Origin: an uncultured bacterium
Lineage (GTDB): Bacteria > SAR324 > NAC60-12
Assembly (NCBI GenBank): GCA_965662235.1
Contig: CBFIGY010000001.1
Coordinates: 385,237-449,236 of the forward strand
Reading direction: 5' to 3'
DNA: 64,000 nt
Under the pieces are notes generated by a model. The model was not told the origin of the DNA. It ran no database searches and was given only the letters and a program-made list of their open reading frames with translations. Position 1 is the first letter of the stretch. Each line of letters starts with the position of its first letter. The translations under genes were made by a program, and so were the position numbers. This document shows, in pieces, positions 1-9,550 of the stretch.

Positions 1-1008
1 ACGCATCACCGGGAGGGCTTCCTGGGTCAGGCGTTCCGTGAGCGCTTCGGCTTCTTCTGCCAGTGTGGCCACCGGTGTCTGGGTGAGCTGACTCAGCCAA
101 TCAACAGAGGCGGTTGCACTCATGACCACGCCCATGGAGAGGAAGGCCTCTGGGACGACATGCGCGCTGGTCATGACGGCGATCTCAGGGGCTGGCCGGA
201 AGGTGGCGTCCACAATGCAAGTGACCGCAGACGTGCCCAGGCTGACGATGGTGTCGCTGGGACGCGTCACACCGGCGCCGAGGGCTCCAACCATGTTGTC
301 TCCTCCACCAGCGGCAACAGGAAGACCGGCGGTCATGCCCCAACGCTGAGCCAGCTCCGGACGCAGTCCGCCTGCAGGCGCCCAAGAGGGCACCAGCGGA
401 GGCAGTTGATCCAAGGACCACCCGGCGGCTTCGCAAAGAGCCGGGTCCCAGGTGCCGGTGGCACAGTCCATGAGCATCAGGCCGGCAGCATCGCTGGGTT
501 CGCTGGCGCGTTCTCCGGTCAGCCAGAGCCGCACGTAGTCCTTGGGCAGCAGGAGGCAGTCTGTCTGTTCCAGCACCTCTGGTTCATGCTGAGCCAGCCA
601 GAGGAGTTTGGGAGCCCCCATGCCTGGATCGGGAATGCCGTTGGCGCGGTAACCGAGGTCCGGAACCCGCTGAAGGAGGGTGTGGCATTCGGTGGTGGCG
701 CGTTCGTCATTCCAGAGCAGGGTGGCACGCACCGGCTGATCGGCCTGGTTGATGAGGACGGGGCCGAGCATGTGTCCGGAAAGGCCAATGGCCGCAACGC
801 CGGCAAGCGCCTGAGGAGCAGAGGTGTGGAGGTGCGTGAAGCACTGCTCAATGGCCTGAGTCCAGGCGTCCGGATGCTGTTCACTCCATCCGGGAGCAGG
901 GCGGGAGGTGGTGATGGGGGCGTTGGCTTCGGCAAGAATCTGGTTGGTGGCATCCACCAAGACCACCTTGACGCCGGAGGTCCCCAGATCAATCCCAGCA
1001 AAGTTCAT
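1..1008 (-). CDS. FGGY-family carbohydrate kinase (xylulokinase-like), truncated by the left window edge
   Basis: Absent from the ORF track because it has no stop in the window. Manual translation from ATG at 1008 gives MNFAGIDLGTSGVKVVLVD...PGWSEQHPDAW...GLSGHMLG...LWND...PKLLWL...LPKDYVR...GGGDN, all FGGY motifs. ATGA overlap with the stop of the regulator gene. Confidence 0.9.
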   Translation of the reverse strand, partial: MNFAGIDLGTSGVKVVLVDATNQILAEANAPITTSRPAPGWSEQHPDAWTQAIEQCFTHLHTSAPQALAGVAAIGLSGHMLGPVLINQADQPVRATLLWNDERATTECHTLLQRVPDLGYRANGIPDPGMGAPKLLWLAQHEPEVLEQTDCLLLPKDYVRLWLTGERASEPSDAAGLMLMDCATGTWDPALCEAAGWSLDQLPPLVPSWAPAGGLRPELAQRWGMTAGLPVAAGGGDNMVGALGAGVTRPSDTIVSLGTSAVTCIVDATFRPAPEIAVMTSAHVVPEAFLSMGVVMSATASVDWLSQLTQTPVATLAEEAEALTERLTQEALPVMR

Positions 1009-1985
1009 GGTTCCTGCTTCTGGTCCGCGCTTAACATTTCACGGGCGGTGTCCTCATCGGTGATGAGGATGCTGATGAGGCCAGCCTTGAGGGCAGCCCG
1101 GATGATCGGAATCTTGTGACGTCCTCCAGCTGCGAGGATGACGCTCTTGATCTGCCGCAGGTCATCAAGGTCAATGCCGATGATGCGCTCGTTGATTGGG
1201 TGATCAATGAGCTCCCCATTGGCATTCAGCATGAAGCCGAGGACGTCTCCGACAGCGCCCTGCTCAAGCAGCTCCTCAATGGTCACGCCCTTGGGCAGCC
1301 CGTACCGGATCAGCAGGGCGCGACGGGACATGTCGCCTGCTGCCATGCAGAGGGCGTCTACAGAGGTGACCTTGCTGATGGACTCCTTGAAGACGTTCAG
1401 CTCACAGATGATGTCCCGGCTGTGCTTGGAGTCCGCATAGAGAGGTGCCGTTAGGTAGCTGTGCTGGGCGTTGCAGAGTTCCGCTAGGCGGGTGGTGATT
1501 TCAAAGCTGTTGATCTCGGACCCCTTGGAGAGGCCTCCCATCACAGAGACAATTTCCAGATCAGGACGGTTGAGGGGCTCCATGGAGCGGGTGGCGTGGC
1601 TGAGGGTGCCTCCCCAAGACATGCCAAACAGGCGGATTTCCGGACGTGTGAGGTACTGATTGAGGAAGCTCCCCAGAGCGGTTCCTACGAGCAGCTGGAC
1701 GTTGTCTGGACTGCCCGCGGGGGCCACATGGGCTTCCTTGAGCTGATAAGTTGCCTTGAGCTGGCTCTCAAGCTCGGCGCAGGGCGCGTAGTCGGAGTTG
1801 ATGGAAATCCGGAGGAGGCCACGGCGCCGGACGTCTCCCAGGGCCTTGTTGACCCGCAGGCGAGTGACGCCAAAGCGCTCGGCAGCAGCGGCCTGAGTGA
1901 GCCCTTCGATGTAGCAGGCCCAAGCGACCCGAACAAGAAAGCGTTCTTCTTCATCACTCTGAAGGGACCGGAGGGCTCGACTCAT
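1005..1985 (-). CDS. SorC/DeoR-family sugar-binding transcriptional regulator (EryD/LsrR-like)
   Basis: N-terminal HTH (VAWACYIEGLTQAAAAERFGVTRLRVNKAL) and sugar-binding domain (SWGGTL, GAVGDVLG, AGGRHK, LITDE). Confidence 0.9.
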   Translation of the reverse strand: MSRALRSLQSDEEERFLVRVAWACYIEGLTQAAAAERFGVTRLRVNKALGDVRRRGLLRISINSDYAPCAELESQLKATYQLKEAHVAPAGSPDNVQLLVGTALGSFLNQYLTRPEIRLFGMSWGGTLSHATRSMEPLNRPDLEIVSVMGGLSKGSEINSFEITTRLAELCNAQHSYLTAPLYADSKHSRDIICELNVFKESISKVTSVDALCMAAGDMSRRALLIRYGLPKGVTIEELLEQGAVGDVLGFMLNANGELIDHPINERIIGIDLDDLRQIKSVILAAGGRHKIPIIRAALKAGLISILITDEDTAREMLSADQKQEP

Positions 1986-2025
1986 GGGAAGGCGCGGAAG
2001 GGTTAGGGTTGCTGGAGCATCAAGA

Positions 2026-2850
2026 CTACTTGACCGCGCCCATGGTCAGTCCCTGCACCAGCTGCTTAGAGGCGATGAGGGCAAAGATGATAACGGGAAC
2101 GACAATCAGTGTGGAGGTCGCCATGATCTTTCCGTACGGCAAACTGTACCCCTCCATGAAACTAACCGCCATGGCAGGCGCAGTCTTGGCATTCGTACGG
2201 GTGAGGACCAAGGCAAACATTAGCTCGTTCCAGGAAAAGATAAAGGAAAAAATGCTGGAAACCGCCACACCAGGAGCCGCCAGGGGAAGGCAGATGGAGC
2301 GGAAAATCCGCCACTGCCCGGCCCCGTCAACGATGGCTGCTTCATCCAATTCCCGAGGGATGGCCCGGAACTGATCGGTACAGATCCAGATCACAATGGG
2401 CAGGTTGAAGGTGAGGTAGATCAGGATCAGCACCAGGTGTGTGTCCAGCAGCTTCAGGTTCCGGACAATGAGGAAGAAGGGCAGCGCAAGAACGATGGGG
2501 CTGACCATGCGGTTGGTGATGAACCAGAACCAGAGGTCCTTCTTGCCCCGGAACTCAAAGCGCGCCAGCGCATAGGCGGCCGGAGTGCCCAGCAGAACGG
2601 CGATGATCGTGGTGCAGACGGCAACAATCAGGGAGTTGATGAGGTTCTTTCCCACCCCGTCCTTGAAGAGCACCTCCGTGTAGTTGCTGAAGGTGACATC
2701 AAAGATCCAGGCTGGTGGCGATTGCAACGCCACGATCTGGTCCTTGAGGCTGGTGGTCACCATCCAGTAAAAGGGAAAGATGCAGAACAGGATGATGAGG
2801 AACAGCAGTCCACCCTGAAGCACCAAAGAGGTTTTTCGATAAGAGGGCAT
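2026..2850 (-). CDS. Carbohydrate ABC transporter permease (CUT1, MalG-like)
   Basis: EAA loop ELDEAAIVDGA, FIFSWNEL and multiple TM helices. Start moved to ATG at 2850 (MPSYRK). Confidence 0.92.
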   Translation of the reverse strand: MPSYRKTSLVLQGGLLFLIILFCIFPFYWMVTTSLKDQIVALQSPPAWIFDVTFSNYTEVLFKDGVGKNLINSLIVAVCTTIIAVLLGTPAAYALARFEFRGKKDLWFWFITNRMVSPIVLALPFFLIVRNLKLLDTHLVLILIYLTFNLPIVIWICTDQFRAIPRELDEAAIVDGAGQWRIFRSICLPLAAPGVAVSSIFSFIFSWNELMFALVLTRTNAKTAPAMAVSFMEGYSLPYGKIMATSTLIVVPVIIFALIASKQLVQGLTMGAVK

Positions 2851-2854
2851 CGGC

Positions 2855-3733
2855 CTAATTGTCAACTTCGTTGTAGAAGAAGCGGATGTACAGCTGGCTG
2901 AGCACAATGGTGATGATCAGGAGGATGATGGCCTGAGCTGAGGCCAGACCCTGGTCAAAGGCTCGGAAGCCAACCCGCTGAATCATCAAGCTGATCAACT
3001 CGGTGGCGGAGCCAGGACCCCCTCGGGTCATGGTGAACACCATGTCAAACAACTTAAGTGTGTCTGCTGTCCGCAGGATGAGGATGGCGGTCAATCCGGG
3101 AATGAGAAAGGGCAACTGGACGTGCCAGAGGATGGTCACCCAGCTGGTGGTCTCCAGTCGAGCGGCCTCTTCAATCTCTGCCGGAACGGTGGTCAGTCCC
3201 GCCAGCAGCACCAGCGCACAAAAAGGCGCCCACTGCCAAACGTCCCAGAAGGCAACGGCAATGAACGCATTCGTGGGGTCTCCAATCCAGTTGATCGGCT
3301 CAACACCCAAGAAGCCAATCAGCTGGTTGACGACACCGTACTTGATGTTGAACATGACCTGTCCCAACAGACCCACCACCGAGTACGTGGTGGCCATCGG
3401 AATCACCAGCGAAAGGCGAGTCAGGGTCTTGAAGAACGTCAGTCCGGGCTTGTGAATCAGTAACGCAACGCCCAGCCCAATGAAGATCTGGAGGGGCAGT
3501 ACAATGACAAGCAGCAGAAAGGTACGCTGCATCGCGTCCCAGAACACCGGGTCTGTGAGGACAAAGGCAAAGTTGTCTAGGCCAATGAACTTGACCTTCC
3601 GGAGCTTGGTGAGGTTGTAGTCGTGAAGGGAGGTATAGACGGCGAACAGCAACGGGATGATGCCAATTACTGCCAAGGAGATGATCGAGGGTGCCAGAAA
3701 GGCGAAGACGGTGCTTCGTCGTGTTTTTCCCAT
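2855..3733 (-). CDS. Carbohydrate ABC transporter permease (CUT1, MalF-like)
   Basis: DVWQWAPF, EIEEAARLE, MTRGGPG and TM helices. Confidence 0.92.
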   Translation of the reverse strand: MGKTRRSTVFAFLAPSIISLAVIGIIPLLFAVYTSLHDYNLTKLRKVKFIGLDNFAFVLTDPVFWDAMQRTFLLLVIVLPLQIFIGLGVALLIHKPGLTFFKTLTRLSLVIPMATTYSVVGLLGQVMFNIKYGVVNQLIGFLGVEPINWIGDPTNAFIAVAFWDVWQWAPFCALVLLAGLTTVPAEIEEAARLETTSWVTILWHVQLPFLIPGLTAILILRTADTLKLFDMVFTMTRGGPGSATELISLMIQRVGFRAFDQGLASAQAIILLIITIVLSQLYIRFFYNEVDN

Positions 3734-3756
3734 GGGAGATCCCTAGAGACGTGAAA

Positions 3757-3782
3757 GGAGGACCTCCGTGAGGAGGACCTCC
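3757..3782. repeat. Intergenic stem-loop after the binding-protein gene (mRNA stabiliser or partial terminator)
   Basis: GGAGGACCTCC-GTGA-GGAGGACCTCC folds into an 11-bp stem with one mismatch. Confidence 0.5.
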
Positions 3783-3804
3783 CTAAGGGCGGATCAATCA
3801 GGGC

Positions 3805-5145
3805 TTACTGAGCCAGAGGCTTTTCGCCTGAGTAGTATCCTGCTTCTTCCAGGACGTTTTCCATGCGGTCTCCGAGGATGCGGGCTCCCTCTTCAGTGGA
3901 AACCTCGTTGAGCATCATCTTGGTGCCCCACTCCTGGACGATCTCGGTGATCTCAGGCCACTCGGCGAAGCGAGGGCGGAACTCCGGAACACCGTCCTGC
4001 CAGCTTTCCACCAGGTCCGGGACGAAGTCATACTGCTGAGCCACACCCGGCAGGTTGTACACCGACTGACGCGCCGGGACTCCTCCCATTTCCAGGTACT
4101 GCTTGGACTTCTCCTTGGAGGTCACCCACTGAATGAAGAGCCAAGCGGCTCCCTGCTCCTGCTCGCTGGCCTGCGTGGTGACCGCCATGGAGAAGCCACC
4201 AAGGGCCGGCTTTCGACCGTTCGGGCCCATGGGCTCCGGAGCAATGGCCAGACAGTCTCCAATCTTGGAGGTCTTCGGATCCTTCAAGGTGGAGTAGAAG
4301 GAGGACCACTCGGTGATGATCGCCACGTCACCCTGTGCGAGCGCGTTGACGGTCTCGGCGTGGTCATAGGACACAATGCCCGGAGGCATGTACTTCATCA
4401 GCTCTTGGCGGAACTTGAGTCCCGACTGGCTGCCCGGGGAAAGGAGGTTGGACCGGAAGTTCTCATCCAGGAAGGAACCCCCAAACGGCCACAGCATCCG
4501 TGCGAAGCTGTCTGCGGACTGGGTCTCATTCCGCTTGGACTGCAGAGCATAGGCGTACTTGCCATCCTTGGTCAGAGCCGGTCCGTAGACGTACATCAGC
4601 TCGGCCCAGGTCTGAGGCGGGCGGCTGAATCCGGCCTGCTCCAGCATGCAGCGGTTATAGAACATCAAACCGGAATAGTTGTCAAACGGCAGACCGTAAA
4701 TCTTGCCATTCCAACCACCGAAGGCGTTGAGCACCAACGGGAAGAAGTCGTTCATGTCCAGGTTCGGGTCCGCCAGATCCGGATTGGAGGTGAACTTGTC
4801 AATGGGCTCGACCCAGCCGTTTTCGACAAAGTTGCCGATCCACACCAGGTCGATCAGAGCAATGTCCAGGTCTCCCCCGGCCACAAAGTCACGGACCTGC
4901 TCCCCCAATGCATTCTCATAGGGGTGCTTGATGATGTTGACCTTGATTCCCGTCTTCTTCTCAAATTCGGGAAGCATCTTCTCAGCCGCTTCGTAGCCCG
5001 GACGCAGTAGGAAGACCACGTCTACCGTGGTTCCCGCGTAGGGCTTGGCTGCTTCTTCCAAGGACCAGGCCGCTGCGGTCTGGACCATGCTCAAGGCGAC
5101 CCCTGCAGTGATCGCCAAACTCTTTAGCATCGCTCTAATCTTCAT
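3805..5145 (-). CDS. Sugar/polyol ABC transporter periplasmic substrate-binding protein
   Basis: Signal peptide MKIRAMLKSLAITAGVALSMVQTAAA, GKIYGLPF, AAWLFIQW; lies upstream of two permeases. Start set at ATG 5145. Confidence 0.92.
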   Translation of the reverse strand: MKIRAMLKSLAITAGVALSMVQTAAAWSLEEAAKPYAGTTVDVVFLLRPGYEAAEKMLPEFEKKTGIKVNIIKHPYENALGEQVRDFVAGGDLDIALIDLVWIGNFVENGWVEPIDKFTSNPDLADPNLDMNDFFPLVLNAFGGWNGKIYGLPFDNYSGLMFYNRCMLEQAGFSRPPQTWAELMYVYGPALTKDGKYAYALQSKRNETQSADSFARMLWPFGGSFLDENFRSNLLSPGSQSGLKFRQELMKYMPPGIVSYDHAETVNALAQGDVAIITEWSSFYSTLKDPKTSKIGDCLAIAPEPMGPNGRKPALGGFSMAVTTQASEQEQGAAWLFIQWVTSKEKSKQYLEMGGVPARQSVYNLPGVAQQYDFVPDLVESWQDGVPEFRPRFAEWPEITEIVQEWGTKMMLNEVSTEEGARILGDRMENVLEEAGYYSGEKPLAQ

Positions 5146-5170
5146 ATATGCCTCATGAGAGCAAGTTGTG

Positions 5171-5258
5171 GTTGACGTTACCAAAGTAATATGCAAAATA
5201 GATACATATTACAAAAGTAACTTGAACAATGTTCATGTAACACAATCGTAATGTCAAC
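5171..5258. promoter_or_regulatory. Divergent promoter region with three phased TTAC-N4-GTAA-like operator boxes
   Basis: GTTACCAAAGTAAT (5177), ATTACAAAAGTAAC (5208), degenerate AACACAATCGTAAT (5239); TGAACAATGTTCA palindrome at 5223-5235; TTGAC and GTCAA at the two ends. Confidence 0.7.
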
Positions 5259-5359
5259 GAAAAAATGAAACCGGAGAGAGAAAGGGGGGAGAACATGCAT
5301 CAGAGGATCGGAGCAGGTGGCTCCAGAGATACCGTAATGAGTTGTGACAAAGGATATTG

Positions 5360-6694
5360 ATGATGAAAGAGATGAGCCTAGAACAGGTCATTCAAGAGGC
5401 GGTCAGGCGGTCGAACACGATTGATGACCTGGTGATTGGGAGTGAAGTGCTGAAGCAGGTGGGCACGTTGTTTCAGCGGCACTTCCCTGGGCGCAAAGCG
5501 ATCCTGATTGCGGATGAGAACACCTGGAGGGTGGCCGGGCCTCAGGTGGAGCAGTCCCTCCGGGAGGCTTCAGTGGAGGTGAAGACACGCATCTTGCCGG
5601 GAACGCCTCGCCTGAAGCCCACCACGGCGCTGGGCAACGAACTGGCCTCAGAGATTGCGGACCAGGTTCCGGTCGCCGTTGGTTCCGGTGTGATCAACGA
5701 CCTGGTGAAGTATGCGTCCCATCAGGTCCAGACCCGCTACTGCTGCGTGGCCACGGCAGCGTCCATGGACGGTTATGCCTCAGCAGGCGCAGCAATGATG
5801 TACGACGGCTTCAAGAAGACCATTCCCTGCACGGCGGCTCAGGTTGTGGTTGCCGACTCGGACATCATCCGTGAAGCGCCGCTGGAGATGGCCGGCTGGG
5901 GCTATGGAGACCTGGCGGGAAAGGTTCCGGCAGGCGCAGACTGGATCCTAGCCGATGCCTTTGGGCTGGAACCGCTGGATGATGTGGCGTGGCCGCTGGT
6001 GCAGGATCACCTGCGGGAGTGCCTAGAGAAACCGTCTGAACTTCAGGAGCAAAAGCCCGAAGCCTTCTCGCGTCTCTTCATTGGCTTGACGGCCACCGGG
6101 CTGGCTATGGAGTTCCACAACACCTCGCGTCCTGCTTCCGGATCCGACCACCAGATTGCTCACCTGTGGGAGATGAGTCAGCACCAGCACGAAGGCCGCC
6201 CGGTGTCGCACGGGGCCTGTGTCTCAATTGGATGCTTGACAGTCCTGTCCTTATACGATTGGCTACTCCAGCAGGAAACGCTCCCCTTCGATCCGGAAGC
6301 TGCATGGGCGCAGCGGGCGTCGCTGGAAGAGAAGCAGCAACAGATCCACAAGGCCTTCCCTCAAGCCGAAATTGCTGACAAGGCCATGGCTGAGGTGAAG
6401 GCCAAGCATCCAAGTGCCGAAGAACTGAAGGCGCGGCTGCTGAAGCTAAAGACCATTTGGCCGGAACTGAGGCTCCGTCTGCAAAACCAGCTGATGTCGA
6501 TGACGGAGATGCAGGAACACCTCCGCCAGGCAGGAGCTCCGGCTTGCGCCGCGGACATTGGCATTGACCCCCAGCGTCTGAGGGAAACCACCCTCACCGC
6601 TCGTTTCCTGCGAAGTCGATACACGGTCCTGGATCTTCTGGAAGAGACAGGGCTTTTGGAAGAGGCGGTGGCCCAAGCGGCTCTTCCCTACTGA
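5360..6694 (+). CDS. sn-glycerol-1-phosphate dehydrogenase family protein (AraM/EgsA-like)
   Basis: [48 protein letters not shown] metal-ligand motifs. Exact start (5360, 5363 or 5372) uncertain. Confidence 0.85.
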   Translation: MMKEMSLEQVIQEAVRRSNTIDDLVIGSEVLKQVGTLFQRHFPGRKAILIADENTWRVAGPQVEQSLREASVEVKTRILPGTPRLKPTTALGNELASEIADQVPVAVGSGVINDLVKYASHQVQTRYCCVATAASMDGYASAGAAMMYDGFKKTIPCTAAQVVVADSDIIREAPLEMAGWGYGDLAGKVPAGADWILADAFGLEPLDDVAWPLVQDHLRECLEKPSELQEQKPEAFSRLFIGLTATGLAMEFHNTSRPASGSDHQIAHLWEMSQHQHEGRPVSHGACVSIGCLTVLSLYDWLLQQETLPFDPEAAWAQRASLEEKQQQIHKAFPQAEIADKAMAEVKAKHPSAEELKARLLKLKTIWPELRLRLQNQLMSMTEMQEHLRQAGAPACAADIGIDPQRLRETTLTARFLRSRYTVLDLLEETGLLEEAVAQAALPY

Positions 6695-6716
6695 ACTGGG
6701 CGAGGAGGAACCGACC

Positions 6717-7277
6717 ATGATGTCACTCACTGAGATGGCAACGCAGGCCCTTGAAGAAATGAAGGCTTCGTTGCACGCAATCCGTGAAGAAGAGCTGCAG
6801 CAGGTCCTAGACGAGCTGGTGCAGGCCCGGCGCATTGCGCTTTATGGTGTGGGACGCGAGGGCCTGATGATTAAGGCCCTGGCGATGCGACTGTACCACA
6901 TGGGCCTAGATGCGCATGTGGTGGGAGACATGACCACTCCGCCTCTTGGCGCCGGAGACCTGCTGGTCACCAGTGCAGGGCCCGGAGGCTTCTCTACCAT
7001 TTCCGCTCTCATCGGCGTTGCCCGGAACGCAGGGGCCCGGACCCTCTGCTTCACCTCCGTGCCTTCTGGCGAATCCGCCGCTCAGTGTGACGTCATCATG
7101 GAGCTTCCGGCTCAGACCATGGCCAACGATCAGGGGGGCGCTGTGTCCATCCTTCCGATGGGATCGCTTTATGAGGGGGTGCAGTACGTCGCGTACGAGC
7201 TCCTCATTCTTCGGCTCCGCGAACGCCTCCAGGAGGCGCCGGAGCAGATGCGAGCCCGCCACACCAATCTGGAGTAG
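6717..7277 (+). CDS. SIS-domain sugar-phosphate isomerase (6-phospho-3-hexuloisomerase/HxlB-like)
   Basis: [39 protein letters not shown]-terminus; SD GAGGAGG upstream. Confidence 0.85.
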   Translation: MMSLTEMATQALEEMKASLHAIREEELQQVLDELVQARRIALYGVGREGLMIKALAMRLYHMGLDAHVVGDMTTPPLGAGDLLVTSAGPGGFSTISALIGVARNAGARTLCFTSVPSGESAAQCDVIMELPAQTMANDQGGAVSILPMGSLYEGVQYVAYELLILRLRERLQEAPEQMRARHTNLE

Positions 7278-7281
7278 GCAC

Positions 7282-8052
7282 ATGTCGGACTGGACACAGC
7301 GTTTTTCCCTAGAAGGTCGCAAGGCCTTCATCACCGGTGCCTCCAAGGGCATTGGCGCAGAGATCGCCCGGGTGTTTGCCGATGCGGGAGCAGACATTGT
7401 GGCGGTGGGACGAGATCGAAAGGACCTAGAGGCGGTGGCTCAGGAGGTTCGAGACCGAGGGCGGCAGTGCTTGGTGCTGGAAGCCGACTTGACTTCGCCG
7501 GAGAGTCCGCAGGTGGCGGCCCAAGAAGCCCTGAAGCAGTGGGGCACCTTGGACATTCTGGTGAACAATGCCGGAATCGCACGCATCCATCCAGCCTTGG
7601 AAATGCCTCTGGCCGCGTGGGAAGAGACCATGGCGGTCAACGTCCGGGCGCCTTTCCTACTGGCGCAAGCGTTGGCACCCCGGATGATTGAGCAACGCTG
7701 GGGGAAGATCATCAACATTTCCTCGCAAACCGGAGTCATTGCTCTGGAAGACCACGCCGCCTATGCGACCTCCAAAGGCGCCTTGAACGCGCTCACCAAG
7801 TCCCTGACGGCTGAGTGGGCCCAGCACAACATTCAGGTCAACGCCATCTGCCCCACCGTCATTTTGACTCCAATGGGGTTGGAGGTCTGGGGCGATCCTG
7901 CCAAGAGTCAGCCCATGCTGGACAAGACGCCTTTGGGACGTTTTGGAAAGCCCGTGGAGGTTGCAGACATGGCGCTCTACCTGGCGTCTCCGGCGTCAGA
8001 ACTGGTCAATGGCGCCGTTTTGATGATTGAAGGCGGCTTTACGGCGCTTTAG
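7282..8052 (+). CDS. SDR-family oxidoreductase (polyol dehydrogenase/ketose reductase-like)
   Basis: TGASKGIG, NNAG and YATSK catalytic motif. Start at ATG 7282 (MSDWTQRF). Confidence 0.9.
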   Translation: MSDWTQRFSLEGRKAFITGASKGIGAEIARVFADAGADIVAVGRDRKDLEAVAQEVRDRGRQCLVLEADLTSPESPQVAAQEALKQWGTLDILVNNAGIARIHPALEMPLAAWEETMAVNVRAPFLLAQALAPRMIEQRWGKIINISSQTGVIALEDHAAYATSKGALNALTKSLTAEWAQHNIQVNAICPTVILTPMGLEVWGDPAKSQPMLDKTPLGRFGKPVEVADMALYLASPASELVNGAVLMIEGGFTAL

Positions 8053-9506
8053 GCGTTGTCGTTGACCTGCTTCAGCAGCGGGTAGAGGCTCCGGAAGCGC
8101 TGATACGCGTCGCTATAGGCGGCCCCCCAGTCCGGATGGGGAACAACCGTCTGGGCGACCGGAGGCGCCGGCATGACGGCTTCCGGAGTAGCCCCCGTGA
8201 CCCCAACCATTGCCAAGCGGACGGCTCCCAGCGCGGCGCCGTAGTCTCCCTGCTCCGGAAGGTCAATGGGAAGCTGCAGGATCGTCGCCAGCAGTTCCAC
8301 CCAGTAGGACGACCGGGTGCCACCCCCCAAGCCCAGCAGCCGGTTCAGTTCGGTTCCGGTGGAGCGCAGGGCCTCCAGCCCGTCTCGCATGGCAAATCCC
8401 ACTCCTTCCAGCACCGCCTGAGTGAGCTGCTGCGGTTCATTCGCAATATCTAAATTCAAAAATGCCCCCCGAATGCGGCTGTCGTTGTGCGGCGTCCGCT
8501 CTCCTGAAAGGTACGGGACAAACGCGACGGAACCGGGACCGCTCAGGGAGGGCAGGGAGCGGGTCAGCTGCTGAGGAGACGACCCCAGCTGACGCGCCAG
8601 CCAGTTGAGGCTGTCGGTGGCCGCCAGCATGACGCTCATCTGATACCACCGTCCGGGCAACGCGTGACAGAAGGTGTGGACGGCTGATTCCGGACGCGGG
8701 GCATAGCCATCTTTGGCCGCAAGGAGGACTCCGGATGTCCCCAGTGAGAGAAAACCGTCTCCTTCTTGCAGGCTCCCGGCTCCACACGCCGCCGCGGCAT
8801 TGTCGCCCCCACCCCCCACGACCGCCACCGAATCCGATAGGCCCCAGCGCTGAGCCAGCGCCGGCCGTACGGTTCCGGAGACTTCTGACCCTTCCACCAG
8901 ACGGGGCATGTGAGCACGCTCTAGGGAGCAGTATGCCAACAACTCTTCCGACCAGTCCCGGGTTTGGACGTTGAGCCAGGAGGTTCCGGCGCTGTCGGAG
9001 CAGTCAGAGACGGCCTCTCCGGTCAGCCAGAGCCGCAGGTAGTCCTTGGGCAGCAGCACTCGCTTCAGTCGGGCAAAGCAATCGGGCTCGTGCTGCTGAA
9101 CCCACAGCAGCTTGGGGGCGGTGAACCCGGGGAAGACGATGTTGCCGGTCTGCTCCCGGAACCCGGGGGTCTGGTCCAGCAAAGCGGCTTCTGCATGGGA
9201 GCGGGTGTCGTTCCAGAGGATGCAGGGACGCAGGACGGCGTCTTGGGCATCGAGGAGGGTAGCGCCATGCATGTGTCCGGAGAGACCGATGCCTTGAACC
9301 TGACGCAGGGCCTGAGGGTTCCGGGCGTGCAGCTCATCCAGTCCGCTTTCACAGGCACGGATCCAGTCTGCCGGATCTTGCTCGCTCCAGCCGGGATGAA
9401 GGGTCTGGACGGAGTAGTGGTGCTCCACTGACTCAATGATCTGTCCGGACGCGTCTGCGAGGACCATCCGCAGTCCGGAGGTTCCCAAATCGAATCCTAA
9501 AAACAT
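8049..9506 (-). CDS. xylB: Xylulokinase
   Basis: MFLGFDLGTSG, GLSGHMHG, LWNDTR, PGFTAPKL, GGGDNAAAA, PYLSGERTPHND. Start at ATG 9506. Confidence 0.88.
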   Translation of the reverse strand: MFLGFDLGTSGLRMVLADASGQIIESVEHHYSVQTLHPGWSEQDPADWIRACESGLDELHARNPQALRQVQGIGLSGHMHGATLLDAQDAVLRPCILWNDTRSHAEAALLDQTPGFREQTGNIVFPGFTAPKLLWVQQHEPDCFARLKRVLLPKDYLRLWLTGEAVSDCSDSAGTSWLNVQTRDWSEELLAYCSLERAHMPRLVEGSEVSGTVRPALAQRWGLSDSVAVVGGGGDNAAAACGAGSLQEGDGFLSLGTSGVLLAAKDGYAPRPESAVHTFCHALPGRWYQMSVMLAATDSLNWLARQLGSSPQQLTRSLPSLSGPGSVAFVPYLSGERTPHNDSRIRGAFLNLDIANEPQQLTQAVLEGVGFAMRDGLEALRSTGTELNRLLGLGGGTRSSYWVELLATILQLPIDLPEQGDYGAALGAVRLAMVGVTGATPEAVMPAPPVAQTVVPHPDWGAAYSDAYQRFRSLYPLLKQVNDNA

Positions 9507-9550
9507 TTGGTCCCTGTCTGATGAAGAAAAGCGGGAGGGCCCCCGAGGGT

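Noticed and set aside
5360..6694. Archaeal-type ether lipid synthesis via G1PDH
   Set aside because: Context is sugar catabolic and no GGGP or DGGGP synthase is present in the window.
6717..7277. RuMP formaldehyde fixation (hxlB)
   Set aside because: No hxlA or C1-oxidation genes nearby.
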